From assembly GCA_038204425.1 (NCBI GenBank), contig JBBRCZ010000008.1:64001-128000 (forward strand): a stretch of 64,000 bases of DNA. Reading direction: 5' to 3'. Made by a program: the position numbers and the translations under genes. Below are positions 18,715 through 28,564 of the stretch, one piece after another. The DNA comes from Spirochaetia bacterium (GTDB lineage: Bacteria; Spirochaetota; Spirochaetia; DSM-27196; Salinispiraceae). Below the pieces are notes generated by a model. It had not been told where the DNA came from and searched no databases. It saw nothing but the letters and a program-made list of their open reading frames with translations. Numbering within the stretch: the stretch's first letter is position 1; the number at the start of each line of letters is the position of its first letter.

Positions 18715-21357
18715 TTGAAAATCAAAAAAATTCTAATACCCTTGCTTGTGTTGATCCTAATCCCTATTTTGGTACTTGGTGTATCTCTGGTGCTAACACT
18801 AGTTAAGCTCGAACATCCCTGGAAGCATATACCAGCCGACTATTCCGCCTATGTTCGTATTGATTCCCTAACTGGACTGCATGACGAATGGCTTGCAGGT
18901 AGTCCTTTGCGGGCAATTTTGCAGGACGATCAGTCATTATCAGGCTTTGAGTCGCTATTCCGTACGCTTGGTGCAAGTGGCTTTGCCAGCAATCAAGTGC
19001 TGCGAACTATAGCCGATACCAACGCTCACATTGTAGTAGGAAAAGACGATTCACTTTTGATAATTATAGATCTTGGCTGGCGATCGGCGCTAACTAGAGT
19101 TGTTCTACCTTTTGCAGGCACTTTTGGCGTGCCGGGTCTTGCCAGATCCGACGAGGATGGGATAGCTTGGTTTTCTTACGGCACAGGGCGCAGCCAACCA
19201 CTTTTGGCTCATATCAGAGAAAACCTGCTTTACCTCAGTTTTGAACGAAAAACAATATCAAAAGCTCTGGCTTTGGCGGGCGGACCCGACAGTCTTTTTG
19301 TAGCCGAAAGAAGCCCAATCATAGAAAAGTTTTCGCAAGCTACTCTGAGTAGGCAGGCCAAGCTCTCGTTGTTAGTTGATGGACAAACAATAAATAAAAT
19401 TCTGGCCGGTTCTGGCGAGCAAGCTGCCCGGTTTGGCTCGTCATTGGTTTGGAATGATAAAGTCTTGCTAAGTGCCAGCATTGATGAAAAAAGACTCGAT
19501 CTGCATTTAGAAAGCAGTCTCAAATCTGGCGATCAAGCTTGGTCGGGACTATGGGAGAGCGTCAGCGGAGATTTGCCGTCACTGGCTCGCATCCCAGAAT
19601 CAGCCTACTTTTACACCGCCTTTAGAGCACGAGACAGCAAAATATTGGTCAACAGTTGGGCTGCCTTGAGCGGCGCAGATGCACTTGCCATCCTCAAACA
19701 AGCCGAAGATGGTGCTAGGACACTTTTTGGCGTTGGCCTCGATCAACTATTGTGGTCCTGGTTTAATGGCGAAGCCGGCATCTTTTATCTGGGAGACAGT
19801 CGCGAACCCGTCGTATTTCTTGGCGTAAACGATGTCGCCACAATGGAGTCGGTGCTGCAACGCCTAGACCAAAGCTTGGTCTTGGATATTGACAAGAGCC
19901 TCTTGCTAGACGGCGTAGCTGTCAACCGCATTGCCTTACCTGAGTTCTTTAAAGCCCTGCTCGGACTAATGGGTTTGGAAATTGAGACTCCCTACTTTAT
20001 GCACAAAGACGGCTTTATTTACTTTTCTATGCAAGCTCGCAATTTGGCACGATTAGAAATTGAAGGGCGTGAAGGCAAGCTTTTGCAGCGCAGTTTGGCA
20101 TTTAAAGACTTGGTTGGCGACTCAAGTCGAGATGCCTCATTTTTTGTCTACTACGACCTAGACAAGACCACACCTTTTTATCTAAACAGTCCAGGACTAC
20201 ATAACCGACTTTTACGCAAGTTTAATCGCGGCATCGCGGCCTTATATCCGCGCGGAACCGGACTTGACTTAAGAATCTCTGGCCTAAAAACAAGTGCACA
20301 GGGACTTAAGAACTACGCACGATTTCCAATGGAACTTGAGGGTGGACTTCTGGGTGAGCCGGCGATTTGGTTTGATCGCTATGCCAACGAGGCCATGGTC
20401 GCTTGGCTTGACGACTCGCAGTATCTGCGTGTAAAGGGCTTGTCAGAACAGCGCAGCCGTCTGGAATTTGCAGCCGAATCGGCTCAGCTTATAAGTCCAA
20501 GTTGGGAAAGTAAACTTTCTTGGACCAATCCCAAGGGTCAACTTTTTAGAGTCAATCTTGATGCTAGTCCGGAACTGGGCTTTCCATTGCAAACTACGGC
20601 CCAAACTAGTGTTAAGCCCTTGTTGCTTGGGTCTGACTTGCTGTTTTTTAGTCGCTCCGAATCACGATTTATAAGAATTGATCCCAAGGCTGGTCAACAT
20701 GCGTGGGGTGAGGTTCTAAACGGCCTCGTTCTTCATCAAGCAGTTTGGGATGGCAAGGATGCGGTTGCTTGGTCAATCAAAGACTTTGAATCACCCGTTT
20801 ACCTTGCCAAAAAAGATGGCAGCGTACTGCCTGGTTGGCCGGTTAATGGTGGCGGAATAAGTCTATCGGGGCCAACGTTGTTTGAAGATCAAGGTCAAAC
20901 CAAGCTTGCTTTTTTGAGTCAGGAAGGCGTTTTAAGTGTTTGGAACAAAGAGGGCCAGACACAAACTGGTTTTCCTGTAGAACTTGAAGGTACTTACCAT
21001 GCTCAAGCGCAAATCCTTCGTTCAAAAACTACTTACCTCATTGCGGTTATTTCAACGCTTGGACAATTGTCCTTGTACGACAAGCAAGGCCAGCTACTTG
21101 TGAGTCGGACGCTCAGAAATGCCGACCTGGACGCCAAATTAGTTAGCTTGGACTTAAAGTCCGACCTCGAAGAAAAATTGTTTGTCTACGGTGGCAAAAA
21201 TACGATTGACGCTTTTGATCGCAACCTCGAGGTGGTGGAAGGATTTCCCTTGGCAGGCTACGGCAAGCCTCAACTGCTCGATCTTGATCGCGACAATAAT
21301 ATGGAACTAGTAACTTGGGGATTTGAAGGAAGATTATATGTTTATAGCTTCAACTAG
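18715..21357 (+). CDS. Membrane-anchored protein: DUF3352-like N-terminal region plus C-terminal FG-GAP/VCBS-like propeller
   Basis: TTG start with GAGGA RBS; N-terminal TM helix; repeated GFP/GWP motifs and DLDRDNNMELV in the C-terminal third. Confidence 0.6.
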   Translation: MKIKKILIPLLVLILIPILVLGVSLVLTLVKLEHPWKHIPADYSAYVRIDSLTGLHDEWLAGSPLRAILQDDQSLSGFESLFRTLGASGFASNQVLRTIADTNAHIVVGKDDSLLIIIDLGWRSALTRVVLPFAGTFGVPGLARSDEDGIAWFSYGTGRSQPLLAHIRENLLYLSFERKTISKALALAGGPDSLFVAERSPIIEKFSQATLSRQAKLSLLVDGQTINKILAGSGEQAARFGSSLVWNDKVLLSASIDEKRLDLHLESSLKSGDQAWSGLWESVSGDLPSLARIPESAYFYTAFRARDSKILVNSWAALSGADALAILKQAEDGARTLFGVGLDQLLWSWFNGEAGIFYLGDSREPVVFLGVNDVATMESVLQRLDQSLVLDIDKSLLLDGVAVNRIALPEFFKALLGLMGLEIETPYFMHKDGFIYFSMQARNLARLEIEGREGKLLQRSLAFKDLVGDSSRDASFFVYYDLDKTTPFYLNSPGLHNRLLRKFNRGIAALYPRGTGLDLRISGLKTSAQGLKNYARFPMELEGGLLGEPAIWFDRYANEAMVAWLDDSQYLRVKGLSEQRSRLEFAAESAQLISPSWESKLSWTNPKGQLFRVNLDASPELGFPLQTTAQTSVKPLLLGSDLLFFSRSESRFIRIDPKAGQHAWGEVLNGLVLHQAVWDGKDAVAWSIKDFESPVYLAKKDGSVLPGWPVNGGGISLSGPTLFEDQGQTKLAFLSQEGVLSVWNKEGQTQTGFPVELEGTYHAQAQILRSKTTYLIAVISTLGQLSLYDKQGQLLVSRTLRNADLDAKLVSLDLKSDLEEKLFVYGGKNTIDAFDRNLEVVEGFPLAGYGKPQLLDLDRDNNMELVTWGFEGRLYVYSFN

Positions 21358-21376
21358 ACAAGAAGTAAGGCTTAGC

Positions 21377-22447
21377 ATGCGCAAGCGTGCGCTGGCGGCT
21401 TTGATAGTTATCTGTGCTTTTTTGCTAGCCTCATGCGGGACATTCTCGCAGACGGTGGTGCGCTCAAGCCCCGACAAAGGCAGTTACCAGCGCCTGTCGG
21501 CGTTGGAAGAAAAAATTGCTTCAATAGCCGCTGGGCAGCTGACCGACGCACAAAACATGCTTGAAGAAGCAAAGTACTTGCTTGACACCTACCTCTGGGA
21601 ACGCCACGAGCAAGCCCGTATTTGGGGCATACGCGGGCAAATTGCTTGGTATACCAGCCGTAGTGACCTCTTGTCATTGTCACTAAGTACGCTAGAAAAA
21701 CTCGCTGCAAGCGGCACACACGCTATCTTGCTCAAGTCTCGTGTGGAAACCGATTTAAGCCAAGCCCTCAAAATACTTGACCAGAGCTTTGATCCTGACG
21801 CAAAAGACAAGGACCCAAGTACAGCCTTGCTGAGAGCAGAACGCGCGCGCCGGCTTTTTGCTGCCGGGCAATGGAAGCAGGCCGCCGCTGAGTTTGACCG
21901 CGCATTTTTGGGGCTCAGCCAAGCTTGGATTGCTGTTTATAAAGATGCAAGAAACCAGGCCTTCCAAAAGCGCGACCTAGTGCCAGCAAAAAGTGACAAA
22001 GAAGCGGCCTTACTTGGCAAAGATGCATTGGATGTTGAAAGTCTTATTGGTTTGGCTCTGCTAAGAAGCAAAGCACTCGATGGCTTTGGCAAAGAGTCAA
22101 TTGAAGCCTTGGCAAATCTGGCCTTTAAGTTAGATCAGCTTGGTATGCTCAAACGAAAACAGCAAGGACTTGACGCCTCTCAAAACCGGCTGGAACTTGC
22201 ATGGTTCCTTTTTTCCTTGGTAGCAGCTCAGGAAGGCAATCGCGCTGTGCCGGAAAACGATCGTCGCCGAAGCGCCAGCCCAATCGCTGATCTTGAGCGC
22301 AGCTCTGAGTTCTTCTTTGCTGTACTTGGTGTTGTTCGTCGTGAGCTTATGGATTTGCGCTCAGGCAATAAATTTGAAGGTGAGGCAACTGTCAGCATCC
22401 AAGAATACTTGAAAGCGCTCGATGCGTACCGGAAGCTCTACCCATGA
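21377..22447 (+). CDS. Lipoprotein with TPR-like helices and C-terminal SLH-like motif
   Basis: MRKR...LLASC lipobox from ATG 21377; C-terminal PIADL..SSEFFFAV..VV..LM.L..GNKF.G..TVS resembles an SLH repeat. Confidence 0.6.
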   Translation: MRKRALAALIVICAFLLASCGTFSQTVVRSSPDKGSYQRLSALEEKIASIAAGQLTDAQNMLEEAKYLLDTYLWERHEQARIWGIRGQIAWYTSRSDLLSLSLSTLEKLAASGTHAILLKSRVETDLSQALKILDQSFDPDAKDKDPSTALLRAERARRLFAAGQWKQAAAEFDRAFLGLSQAWIAVYKDARNQAFQKRDLVPAKSDKEAALLGKDALDVESLIGLALLRSKALDGFGKESIEALANLAFKLDQLGMLKRKQQGLDASQNRLELAWFLFSLVAAQEGNRAVPENDRRRSASPIADLERSSEFFFAVLGVVRRELMDLRSGNKFEGEATVSIQEYLKALDAYRKLYP

Positions 22448-22779
22448 TTCAGGTAATTGGAAGCAAGAAAGATCGCAGAACTCAAAAAATTCAACGTTAT
22501 GCTGCTGAGAGAAAAATTAAGATACATCTGAGAGACATCAGTGAAAAGCCACTCAGCGAAGGCGAACTTGACAACTGTGCCCAAGTCTTAGGTGGCCATA
22601 AAAACCTGATAGATCAAGACTCTTTGGCTTATCAAAAACGAGGTCTTGCCCACATGGACTTTCAAGCCCGAGAAGAACTGTTGGCAAACGTCATGCTGCT
22701 CAAAATTCCCATCGTCCGAGTCGACAAAAAAGCTTGGTTACAACCTGATGATGCGGTGCTGGCTCAGATATTTACCTGA
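22444..22779 (+). CDS. ArsC/Spx/YffB-family protein
   Basis: IQVIGSKK...KPLSEGELD...LID...LLKIPIVR pattern; ATGA overlap with the upstream gene. Confidence 0.75.
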   Translation: MIQVIGSKKDRRTQKIQRYAAERKIKIHLRDISEKPLSEGELDNCAQVLGGHKNLIDQDSLAYQKRGLAHMDFQAREELLANVMLLKIPIVRVDKKAWLQPDDAVLAQIFT

Positions 22780-22792
22780 GCCAGCCAGCAAA

Positions 22793-23386
22793 TCAACCAA
22801 AACTAATAGAAGAACTTTGACGGCCTTCAATCAACAAAAGCATGATTAGAGCAGCGATGCCCAATCGCCTATCGATCTTTTTGGCACTATCCAGGGAGTA
22901 ATCCGCCTCAAACTTGTGCACAAAAAAGGCAAATTTTTGATCGATTGTTGCCAGAGGTGTTTGGTCGCTGTTACTTAGGATTTGATAGTGCTGCGGAATC
23001 AGAGATATCAACTTTGACAAAATTGCCATGCCCATTGAGGTTTCAGTGACTTTAGCGATAACCGTGTCGCTGCTGTCCATCAAGATCCATTCGTCTTTAA
23101 CTATGGACTTAAAACCTTTGCGCTTGAGAGCACCAACTTTTTGTCCAGTTGCAACATCGGTGACGTCGTAGGCAGCAGAAAAGTCAATTATTTGACGAGC
23201 TTTGATGTTTAAAAGTGGGACTGTCATTGCCTCATCTGAATAGACAGTAATGTCCTCTCTGAGTTTAAAGAGCTTCTGTTTAACGTAGGCCAAAAGATTT
23301 CCTTGTTCGTCCTCTATAAAAACTTGTCCGGCCAGTGCCCAAAACTTCTTGCGAGCCCGTACCTTATCAGTGTCAAATTGCGCCAT
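22793..23386 (-). CDS. LURP-one-related / scramblase-like (Tubby C-terminal fold) protein
   Basis: YVKQKLFKLREDITVY, IIDFSAAYDV, DRRLGIA; ATG 23386 with AAGGAG RBS. Confidence 0.7.
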   Translation of the reverse strand: MAQFDTDKVRARKKFWALAGQVFIEDEQGNLLAYVKQKLFKLREDITVYSDEAMTVPLLNIKARQIIDFSAAYDVTDVATGQKVGALKRKGFKSIVKDEWILMDSSDTVIAKVTETSMGMAILSKLISLIPQHYQILSNSDQTPLATIDQKFAFFVHKFEADYSLDSAKKIDRRLGIAALIMLLLIEGRQSSSISFG

Positions 23387-23547
23387 CCAAATCTCCTTAT
23401 TTATCAAAGTATAGGGCAAGTGCTCCAAGGCAACAAGTAAGCAGAAATTTATAGTACCTAAAGAAGTAAGGTCTCAGGGCTTGTTTTTTTGCCTTAGTCC
23501 GGCTACAAAGACTGCTCAAGTTGCGAACAATAAATGAGGATTAAACT

Positions 23548-24546
23548 ATGTGGTTAAAAATAGCTCAGGATATAATGGACGGAGGACAGTTGACGAGAGA
23601 GCAGGCTTTGAGTTTGCTCAAGGCGGATGATGTTGATTGTTTGCAAATCGTCGACGCTGCAGCCCGACTGCGCCGTAAGTATTTTGGCAACACCGTAAAG
23701 GTCAATATTCTGACCAACGCCAAGCGCGCACTGTGCGCAGAAGACTGCCATTATTGTGGCCAATCCAAAGATGCAGAAAACAGCGAAGGCAAGCATCCTT
23801 TTGTGCCTGGCGATGAGCTTTTGGAACAAGCACGGGCCGCCAAAGCAGCTGGCGCAGCCCGCTTTTGCGTAACAATGGCGGTCCGCACACCGAGCTGGAG
23901 CGTGGTCAATCAGCTGGCTGACAGCGCCCGCAGTATCAAGAGCGAACTTGGTATGGAAGTTTGTGCGTCGCTTGGCCTAATGACTGGTACTATTGGCAAA
24001 GACAAACTCAAGTTTTTGAGCGAAAATGGTGTTGATGCTTATAATCACAACCTCAACACTCACCGTGACATTTACCCAAGTATTTGCACTACTCACACCT
24101 ATGACGATAGACTAGAAACTATTCGCAACGCCAGAGAGGCCGGCTTGTCGGTATGCAGTGGCCTAATAGTGGGCATGGGAGAGAGCGACGAACAAATGGT
24201 TGACCTTGCCTTTAGCCTGCGAGACGAAGACGTCGAAAGTATCCCGGTCAATTTCCTTATTCCTGTTGAGGGCACCAAGATGGGAAACAAAGGTACAACC
24301 GATCACTTTACGCCATGGAAGTGTCTCAAGTACTTGTCACTGTTTAGAATGGTACACCCCAAGGCTGAGCTGCGCGCCTCAGCCGGCCGCGAAGTGCATA
24401 TCCGCAGTCTGCAAGCGCTGGCGCTGATGGTAGCAAACAGCATTTTTGCCGATGGCTATCTAACCCAAGATGGTCAAGGTGCCGACAAAGACATGGCCAT
24501 GATTGCTGACCTTGGACTTGTACCGGTGGAATTTAACTATTCTTGA
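23548..24546 (+). CDS. bioB: Biotin synthase (radical SAM)
   Basis: [11 protein letters not shown] (CxxxCxxC), [28 protein letters not shown]. Confidence 0.93.
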   Translation: MWLKIAQDIMDGGQLTREQALSLLKADDVDCLQIVDAAARLRRKYFGNTVKVNILTNAKRALCAEDCHYCGQSKDAENSEGKHPFVPGDELLEQARAAKAAGAARFCVTMAVRTPSWSVVNQLADSARSIKSELGMEVCASLGLMTGTIGKDKLKFLSENGVDAYNHNLNTHRDIYPSICTTHTYDDRLETIRNAREAGLSVCSGLIVGMGESDEQMVDLAFSLRDEDVESIPVNFLIPVEGTKMGNKGTTDHFTPWKCLKYLSLFRMVHPKAELRASAGREVHIRSLQALALMVANSIFADGYLTQDGQGADKDMAMIADLGLVPVEFNYS

Positions 24547-25478
24547 AGCTTCTCCGTCTTGCTCGACAAAGCTTCTAAATTAAAAGGCGTAGCTTGGTAG
24601 ACCGAATAGTTTAGCCAGTTAGCGTACAACAAGTGGGCATGAGCGCGCCAGGTCAAACGTGGGGCAGCGCTAATGTCGTCTGACGGAAAATAGTGGGCTG
24701 GCACCTCAATTGGCAAGCCTTTGTTGAGGTCGCGATGGTACTCGGCACCCAGCGAGTGGCAGTCGTACTCAGGGTGGCCGGTTACAAATATCTGACGGCC
24801 ATCACGAGACACCACCATAAACACACCTGCTTCATCTGACTCGGCCAAGAGTTTAAGCTTACTTTTTATGAGTATGTCTTCTCGTCTGACTTCCGTATGG
24901 CGAGAATGCGGCGCAATAAACACTTCGTCAAAGCCACGCACAATAGGCTCATATTTGTCCAAAATTCGATGTTCAAAAACGCCAAAGGTCTTTTTCTCCA
25001 AGGCGTACTTGGGCACTCCGTAGTGATGATAGAGTCCCGCTTGGGCTCCCCAGCAAATATGCAGGGTAGAAAAAACATTGCTCAGGCTCCAGTCCAAGAT
25101 CTTTTTCATCTCTGGCCAATAGTCCACCTCTTCAAAGGGCAAATTTTCTACTGGAGCGCCCGTAATAACCAAACCGTCGAATCTACGATCTTTGATTTGA
25201 TCAAAGGTGGCGTAGAAGGCTTGCATGTGTTCAGCGGCGGTGTTCTTGCTTTGATGACTATCCATGTGCAAGAGCGTAATTTCTATTTGCAGAGGTGTAT
25301 TGCCCAAAAGACGCAAGAGCTGCGTCTCGGTTTCTATCTTGGTGGGCATTAGGTTGAGAATCACTATCTGAAGTGGCCTAATGTCTTGCAGCTCGGCCCG
25401 CTCAGAGGTCATGACGAAGATGTTCTCTTCTTGCAAACGAGAGGTGGCTGGTAGGTTTTGTGGAATTCTAACCGGCAT
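24537..25478 (-). CDS. metA: Homoserine O-acyltransferase, MetA family (probably acetyltransferase)
   Basis: [37 protein letters not shown]. Confidence 0.96.
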   Translation of the reverse strand: MPVRIPQNLPATSRLQEENIFVMTSERAELQDIRPLQIVILNLMPTKIETETQLLRLLGNTPLQIEITLLHMDSHQSKNTAAEHMQAFYATFDQIKDRRFDGLVITGAPVENLPFEEVDYWPEMKKILDWSLSNVFSTLHICWGAQAGLYHHYGVPKYALEKKTFGVFEHRILDKYEPIVRGFDEVFIAPHSRHTEVRREDILIKSKLKLLAESDEAGVFMVVSRDGRQIFVTGHPEYDCHSLGAEYHRDLNKGLPIEVPAHYFPSDDISAAPRLTWRAHAHLLYANWLNYSVYQATPFNLEALSSKTEKLQE

Positions 25479-25565
25479 AGCATGCTCCTTTCCCTGAGGG
25501 TGGAAAGAATATACTAAATTTTTTGAGTTATGTCCGCTAAAATGACAGCAAAACTGCTTGAGGAT

Positions 25566-26681
25566 CTAGAGCAGCTGGTCTGGGTTGAGCGCCAATAAGT
25601 CCTCGCTCACAAACAGCCCATCTTTGCGCACCAAGACATTGTCAAACCAAATCTCTCCGCCACCGTAGTCTGGGCGCTGAATGAGCACCAAATCCCAATG
25701 AATAGAAGATTGATTTCCGTTGCTCGCCTCGTCATAGCAACGGCCTGGAGTGAGGTGCAAGCTACCGGCAATTTTTTCGTCAAAGAGTGTGTCTTTCATA
25801 GGGTGGAGAATGTAAGGGTTTACACCAATCGCAAACTCACCCACAAAGCGCGCACCATCGTCGCTGTCAAGGATAGAGTTGAGCCTGATGCTGTCATTGC
25901 TTGTTGCTTCTACTATTTTGCCATTTTTAAAGGCTAACTTGATATCGCTAAAACTCGAGCCTTGGTAGACACTGGGCGTGTTGTAGCTAATAGTGCCATT
26001 GATACTGTCTCGGACTGGTGCTGTAAAGACCTCGCCATCAGGTATGTTGAGTCTACCGTCGCACTTAATTGCAGGTATTCCTTTAATCGAAAAACTGAGC
26101 TCTGTCCCCGGGGAAACTATCCTGACTTGGTCGGTGGATTGCATGCGGCTCACGAGTGCGTCCATAGCCTTAGACATACGGCTATAGTCAAGATTGCACA
26201 CCTTAAAATAGAAGTCCTCAAAACGCTCGTGACTCATACCCGCGAGCTGGGCCATGCTGTTGTTTGGATAGCGCAAAATACACCATTTTGTTTTTTTTAC
26301 TCTAATGTCACTGTGGACAGGTGACCACCACAATTTTTGATAGAGCTCCAACTTGTCAGCCGGCAAATCTGCAAGCTCACTCACATTGTCACCACCGCGG
26401 ATTCCTATGTAGGCTTGCATGGCGCTCATACGTTCTTGTTCCCATGCTGCTTCTTGTTTAATCTGAGCTGGGTCGGCGTTCTCCAAAAGCACCCGCAAAA
26501 GCTCGTTGTTGCGAATTGCCATAAAAGGCAGACCGCCTGCCTTGTAGGCTGCCCTAATTAACTCGCGCGTCAGCATCACCTCGTTGCCAATGTTTTCTAT
26601 GAGGACTTTTTCGCCCGGCTGGAGCCTGACCGAATAGTTGATAAGATGGTGTGCCAACTGAGCAAAACGTGAATCTTTCAT
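25566..26681 (-). CDS. M29 family aminopeptidase (AmpS/AmpT-like)
   Basis: NIPDGEVFTAP, GEFAIG.NP, LFDEKIAGSLHLTPG, SSIHWDLV; start trimmed to ATG 26681. Confidence 0.92.
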   Translation of the reverse strand: MKDSRFAQLAHHLINYSVRLQPGEKVLIENIGNEVMLTRELIRAAYKAGGLPFMAIRNNELLRVLLENADPAQIKQEAAWEQERMSAMQAYIGIRGGDNVSELADLPADKLELYQKLWWSPVHSDIRVKKTKWCILRYPNNSMAQLAGMSHERFEDFYFKVCNLDYSRMSKAMDALVSRMQSTDQVRIVSPGTELSFSIKGIPAIKCDGRLNIPDGEVFTAPVRDSINGTISYNTPSVYQGSSFSDIKLAFKNGKIVEATSNDSIRLNSILDSDDGARFVGEFAIGVNPYILHPMKDTLFDEKIAGSLHLTPGRCYDEASNGNQSSIHWDLVLIQRPDYGGGEIWFDNVLVRKDGLFVSEDLLALNPDQLL

Positions 26682-26685
26682 AGGC

Positions 26686-27399
26686 TTAGGATACTTGTAT
26701 GGCCACCGTGCTGTCAAAGGGAAACTTGATTACCCAATCACACTGCCGCGCTTCATGCGCATCGTGGGTGGCGGTTATGACGCTGGTTCCAACTCGCTTC
26801 CAAGCTTGACTTGCCAAAGCCAATAAGTCTTCTCCCTCGCTATCAAGGTTCTGTTGGGGTTCGTCGAGCAAAACCAAGGGGGCACGTCGTGCCAGCACAT
26901 AGGCAAGGTAGACTTTCTGACGTTCGCCACCTGAGAGCACACCGAGTGTCTTCTTCTGCTTTTTTTCCATACCTACAAATTCCAACGCTGCTTGAACCAC
27001 TTCTTCGTCGTGAGCATCAAAGGCCTCAAAAAGGCCTCGATTAGGAAAATGCGCCATTCTGACCAAGTCTCTCACCCTCATCGGCAAGAGTGGATTGGAA
27101 GGATGAAATTGCCCCAGCCAGGCCAGACTCTTGCTTGCATGACGCGGCTCGTGACCAAGTATCTTGACGCTTCCTGCTAACGCTCCAATTAAACCAGCCA
27201 CTGTCGACAAAAACGTTGTTTTTCCCGATCCGTTGCCGCCAACCAAGGCCAGAGATTGTCCGGCTTGCATAGTGATGCTTATATCGCTGGCAAGTGCCAG
27301 ACTTCCATAACCAATTGATACCTTAGAAACCTCAAGCAGCGCGGCACCATGGCTTGGCTTTTGTGACTCTACAAACAAGAGCTCATGTCTTGGATTCAT
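26686..27399 (-). CDS. Metal (Zn/Mn) ABC transporter ATPase, AztA/ZnuC-like
   Basis: GGNGSGKTT, LSGGERQ, LLDEP, ATHD; ATGA-coupled to the permease. Confidence 0.88.
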   Translation of the reverse strand: MNPRHELLFVESQKPSHGAALLEVSKVSIGYGSLALASDISITMQAGQSLALVGGNGSGKTTFLSTVAGLIGALAGSVKILGHEPRHASKSLAWLGQFHPSNPLLPMRVRDLVRMAHFPNRGLFEAFDAHDEEVVQAALEFVGMEKKQKKTLGVLSGGERQKVYLAYVLARRAPLVLLDEPQQNLDSEGEDLLALASQAWKRVGTSVITATHDAHEARQCDWVIKFPFDSTVAIQVS

Positions 27400-28241
27400 G
27401 CTGCGTCCCTTCGGTAGCGATCTTTTAGAGTGCTAAACAACCACTCGCCCAAGAGCGTAGCAAAAAAGAAGCAGACTGCCGTTAAGATTATCGATGCCCC
27501 AGCTGCAAAACGTCCATAGTAGCTAATGACTAGGCCAATAAAGACGCTCAAGCTGCCAATAGTCCCGGAAACGAGCATCTGTGCAGCCATACTGTGTACC
27601 AGTACGGCTGCACTGGCGGCCGGTGCCACCAAAAGACCAAAGACCAACATTGTGCCTACGGTTTGGAAGGAAACGATTACTGTTGAAGCAATTAGCACCA
27701 GCATTATTGTGTGTAGCAGTCGTGGATTGTAACCAGACACACGCGCGTACTCTGGAGAAAAACACAAGAGTAGGAACGGTCTGCGCAAAACCCAACTTAT
27801 GATAATCAAGACCACAAGAGCGACAGCTTGTACTAGCAAGTCGGCGGCCGACACACCAAGTATCTCGCCAAACAAGATTTTTATCAGATCTCCAGAGAAA
27901 GAACTGGACCTAGAAACGATTACCACACCTAGCGCCAGCATGCCGACGAACAAGAGGCCAATTGCGGTATCTGCTGAAAGTCGTGTGCGCTTTTGAATCA
28001 AACTAATGCCGCCAATCATAGCAAGTGCGCCAAGGCCTGCTCCAGCAAGTCCGGGCGCACCTACCAAGACGGCACCGGCCACACCAGGCAAGACGCCATG
28101 CGCCAAGGCATCACCGATAAACGATAAGCCACGCAAAACCATCCAGGTGCCGACGATACCGCACAGGAAGGCCGCAAGAACTCCAGAGCAAAGTGCCATG
28201 AGCATAAAATTATTCTCTATAAAGAGATTGACGACGTTCAT
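27396..28241 (-). CDS. Metal ABC transporter permease, AztB/ZnuB-like
   Basis: GDALAHGVLPG, DTAIGLLFVGMLALGV, LFGEILGV, VGTMLVFGLLVAPAA. Confidence 0.92.
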   Translation of the reverse strand: MNVVNLFIENNFMLMALCSGVLAAFLCGIVGTWMVLRGLSFIGDALAHGVLPGVAGAVLVGAPGLAGAGLGALAMIGGISLIQKRTRLSADTAIGLLFVGMLALGVVIVSRSSSFSGDLIKILFGEILGVSAADLLVQAVALVVLIIISWVLRRPFLLLCFSPEYARVSGYNPRLLHTIMLVLIASTVIVSFQTVGTMLVFGLLVAPAASAAVLVHSMAAQMLVSGTIGSLSVFIGLVISYYGRFAAGASIILTAVCFFFATLLGEWLFSTLKDRYRRDAA

Positions 28242-28498
28242 TTACTTGGATCCTCGTAGTTGCAGTGAATATGAACAGCTTGGCAGTCGTCACATTCTTC
28301 GACGACGTGATGCTGCAAAAAATCTTGCCAGTGTTTTTTTTGCGAGGGACTCAAACTACCACTTCCCTGGCAGAGTGGGCAGACATTGTTCATGGCAGAT
28401 AAAATTGCCTGCCGGATAAATTCAGACTTGTTTGGTAGACGCTGAATGACACCAGCCATATCCGCGTCTACCTTAAAAGTAATCACTTCATTTTTCAT
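28238..28498 (-). CDS. Ribbon-helix-helix (CopG/MetJ/Arc-like) regulator with Cys/His-rich metal-binding tail
   Basis: 86 aa from ATG 28498: VITFKVD beta-ribbon, NKSEFIRQAI helix B, then CPLCQGSG, H56, H63H64, CDDC, HIHC; overlaps the permease start. Confidence 0.8.
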   Translation of the reverse strand: MKNEVITFKVDADMAGVIQRLPNKSEFIRQAILSAMNNVCPLCQGSGSLSPSQKKHWQDFLQHHVVEECDDCQAVHIHCNYEDPSK

Positions 28499-28514
28499 CT
28501 GCCTGGCCCCCAAA

Positions 28515-28531
28515 GTATAACAAGGTAATAC
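28515..28531. promoter_or_regulatory. Single copy of the putative operator upstream of the RHH gene
   Basis: GTATAACAAGGTAATAC, one mismatch from a perfect GTATTAC-N3-GTAATAC palindrome; overlaps a minus-strand extended -10 (TGtTATACT). Confidence 0.65.
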
Positions 28532-28564
28532 CAGTCAGCAAATCGGGTTGTCAAGTCAACTAGG

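Noticed and set aside
25479..25565. SAM riboswitch or T-box upstream of metA
   Set aside because: The spacer is only 87 bp and shows no recognisable SAM-I core or T-box motif.
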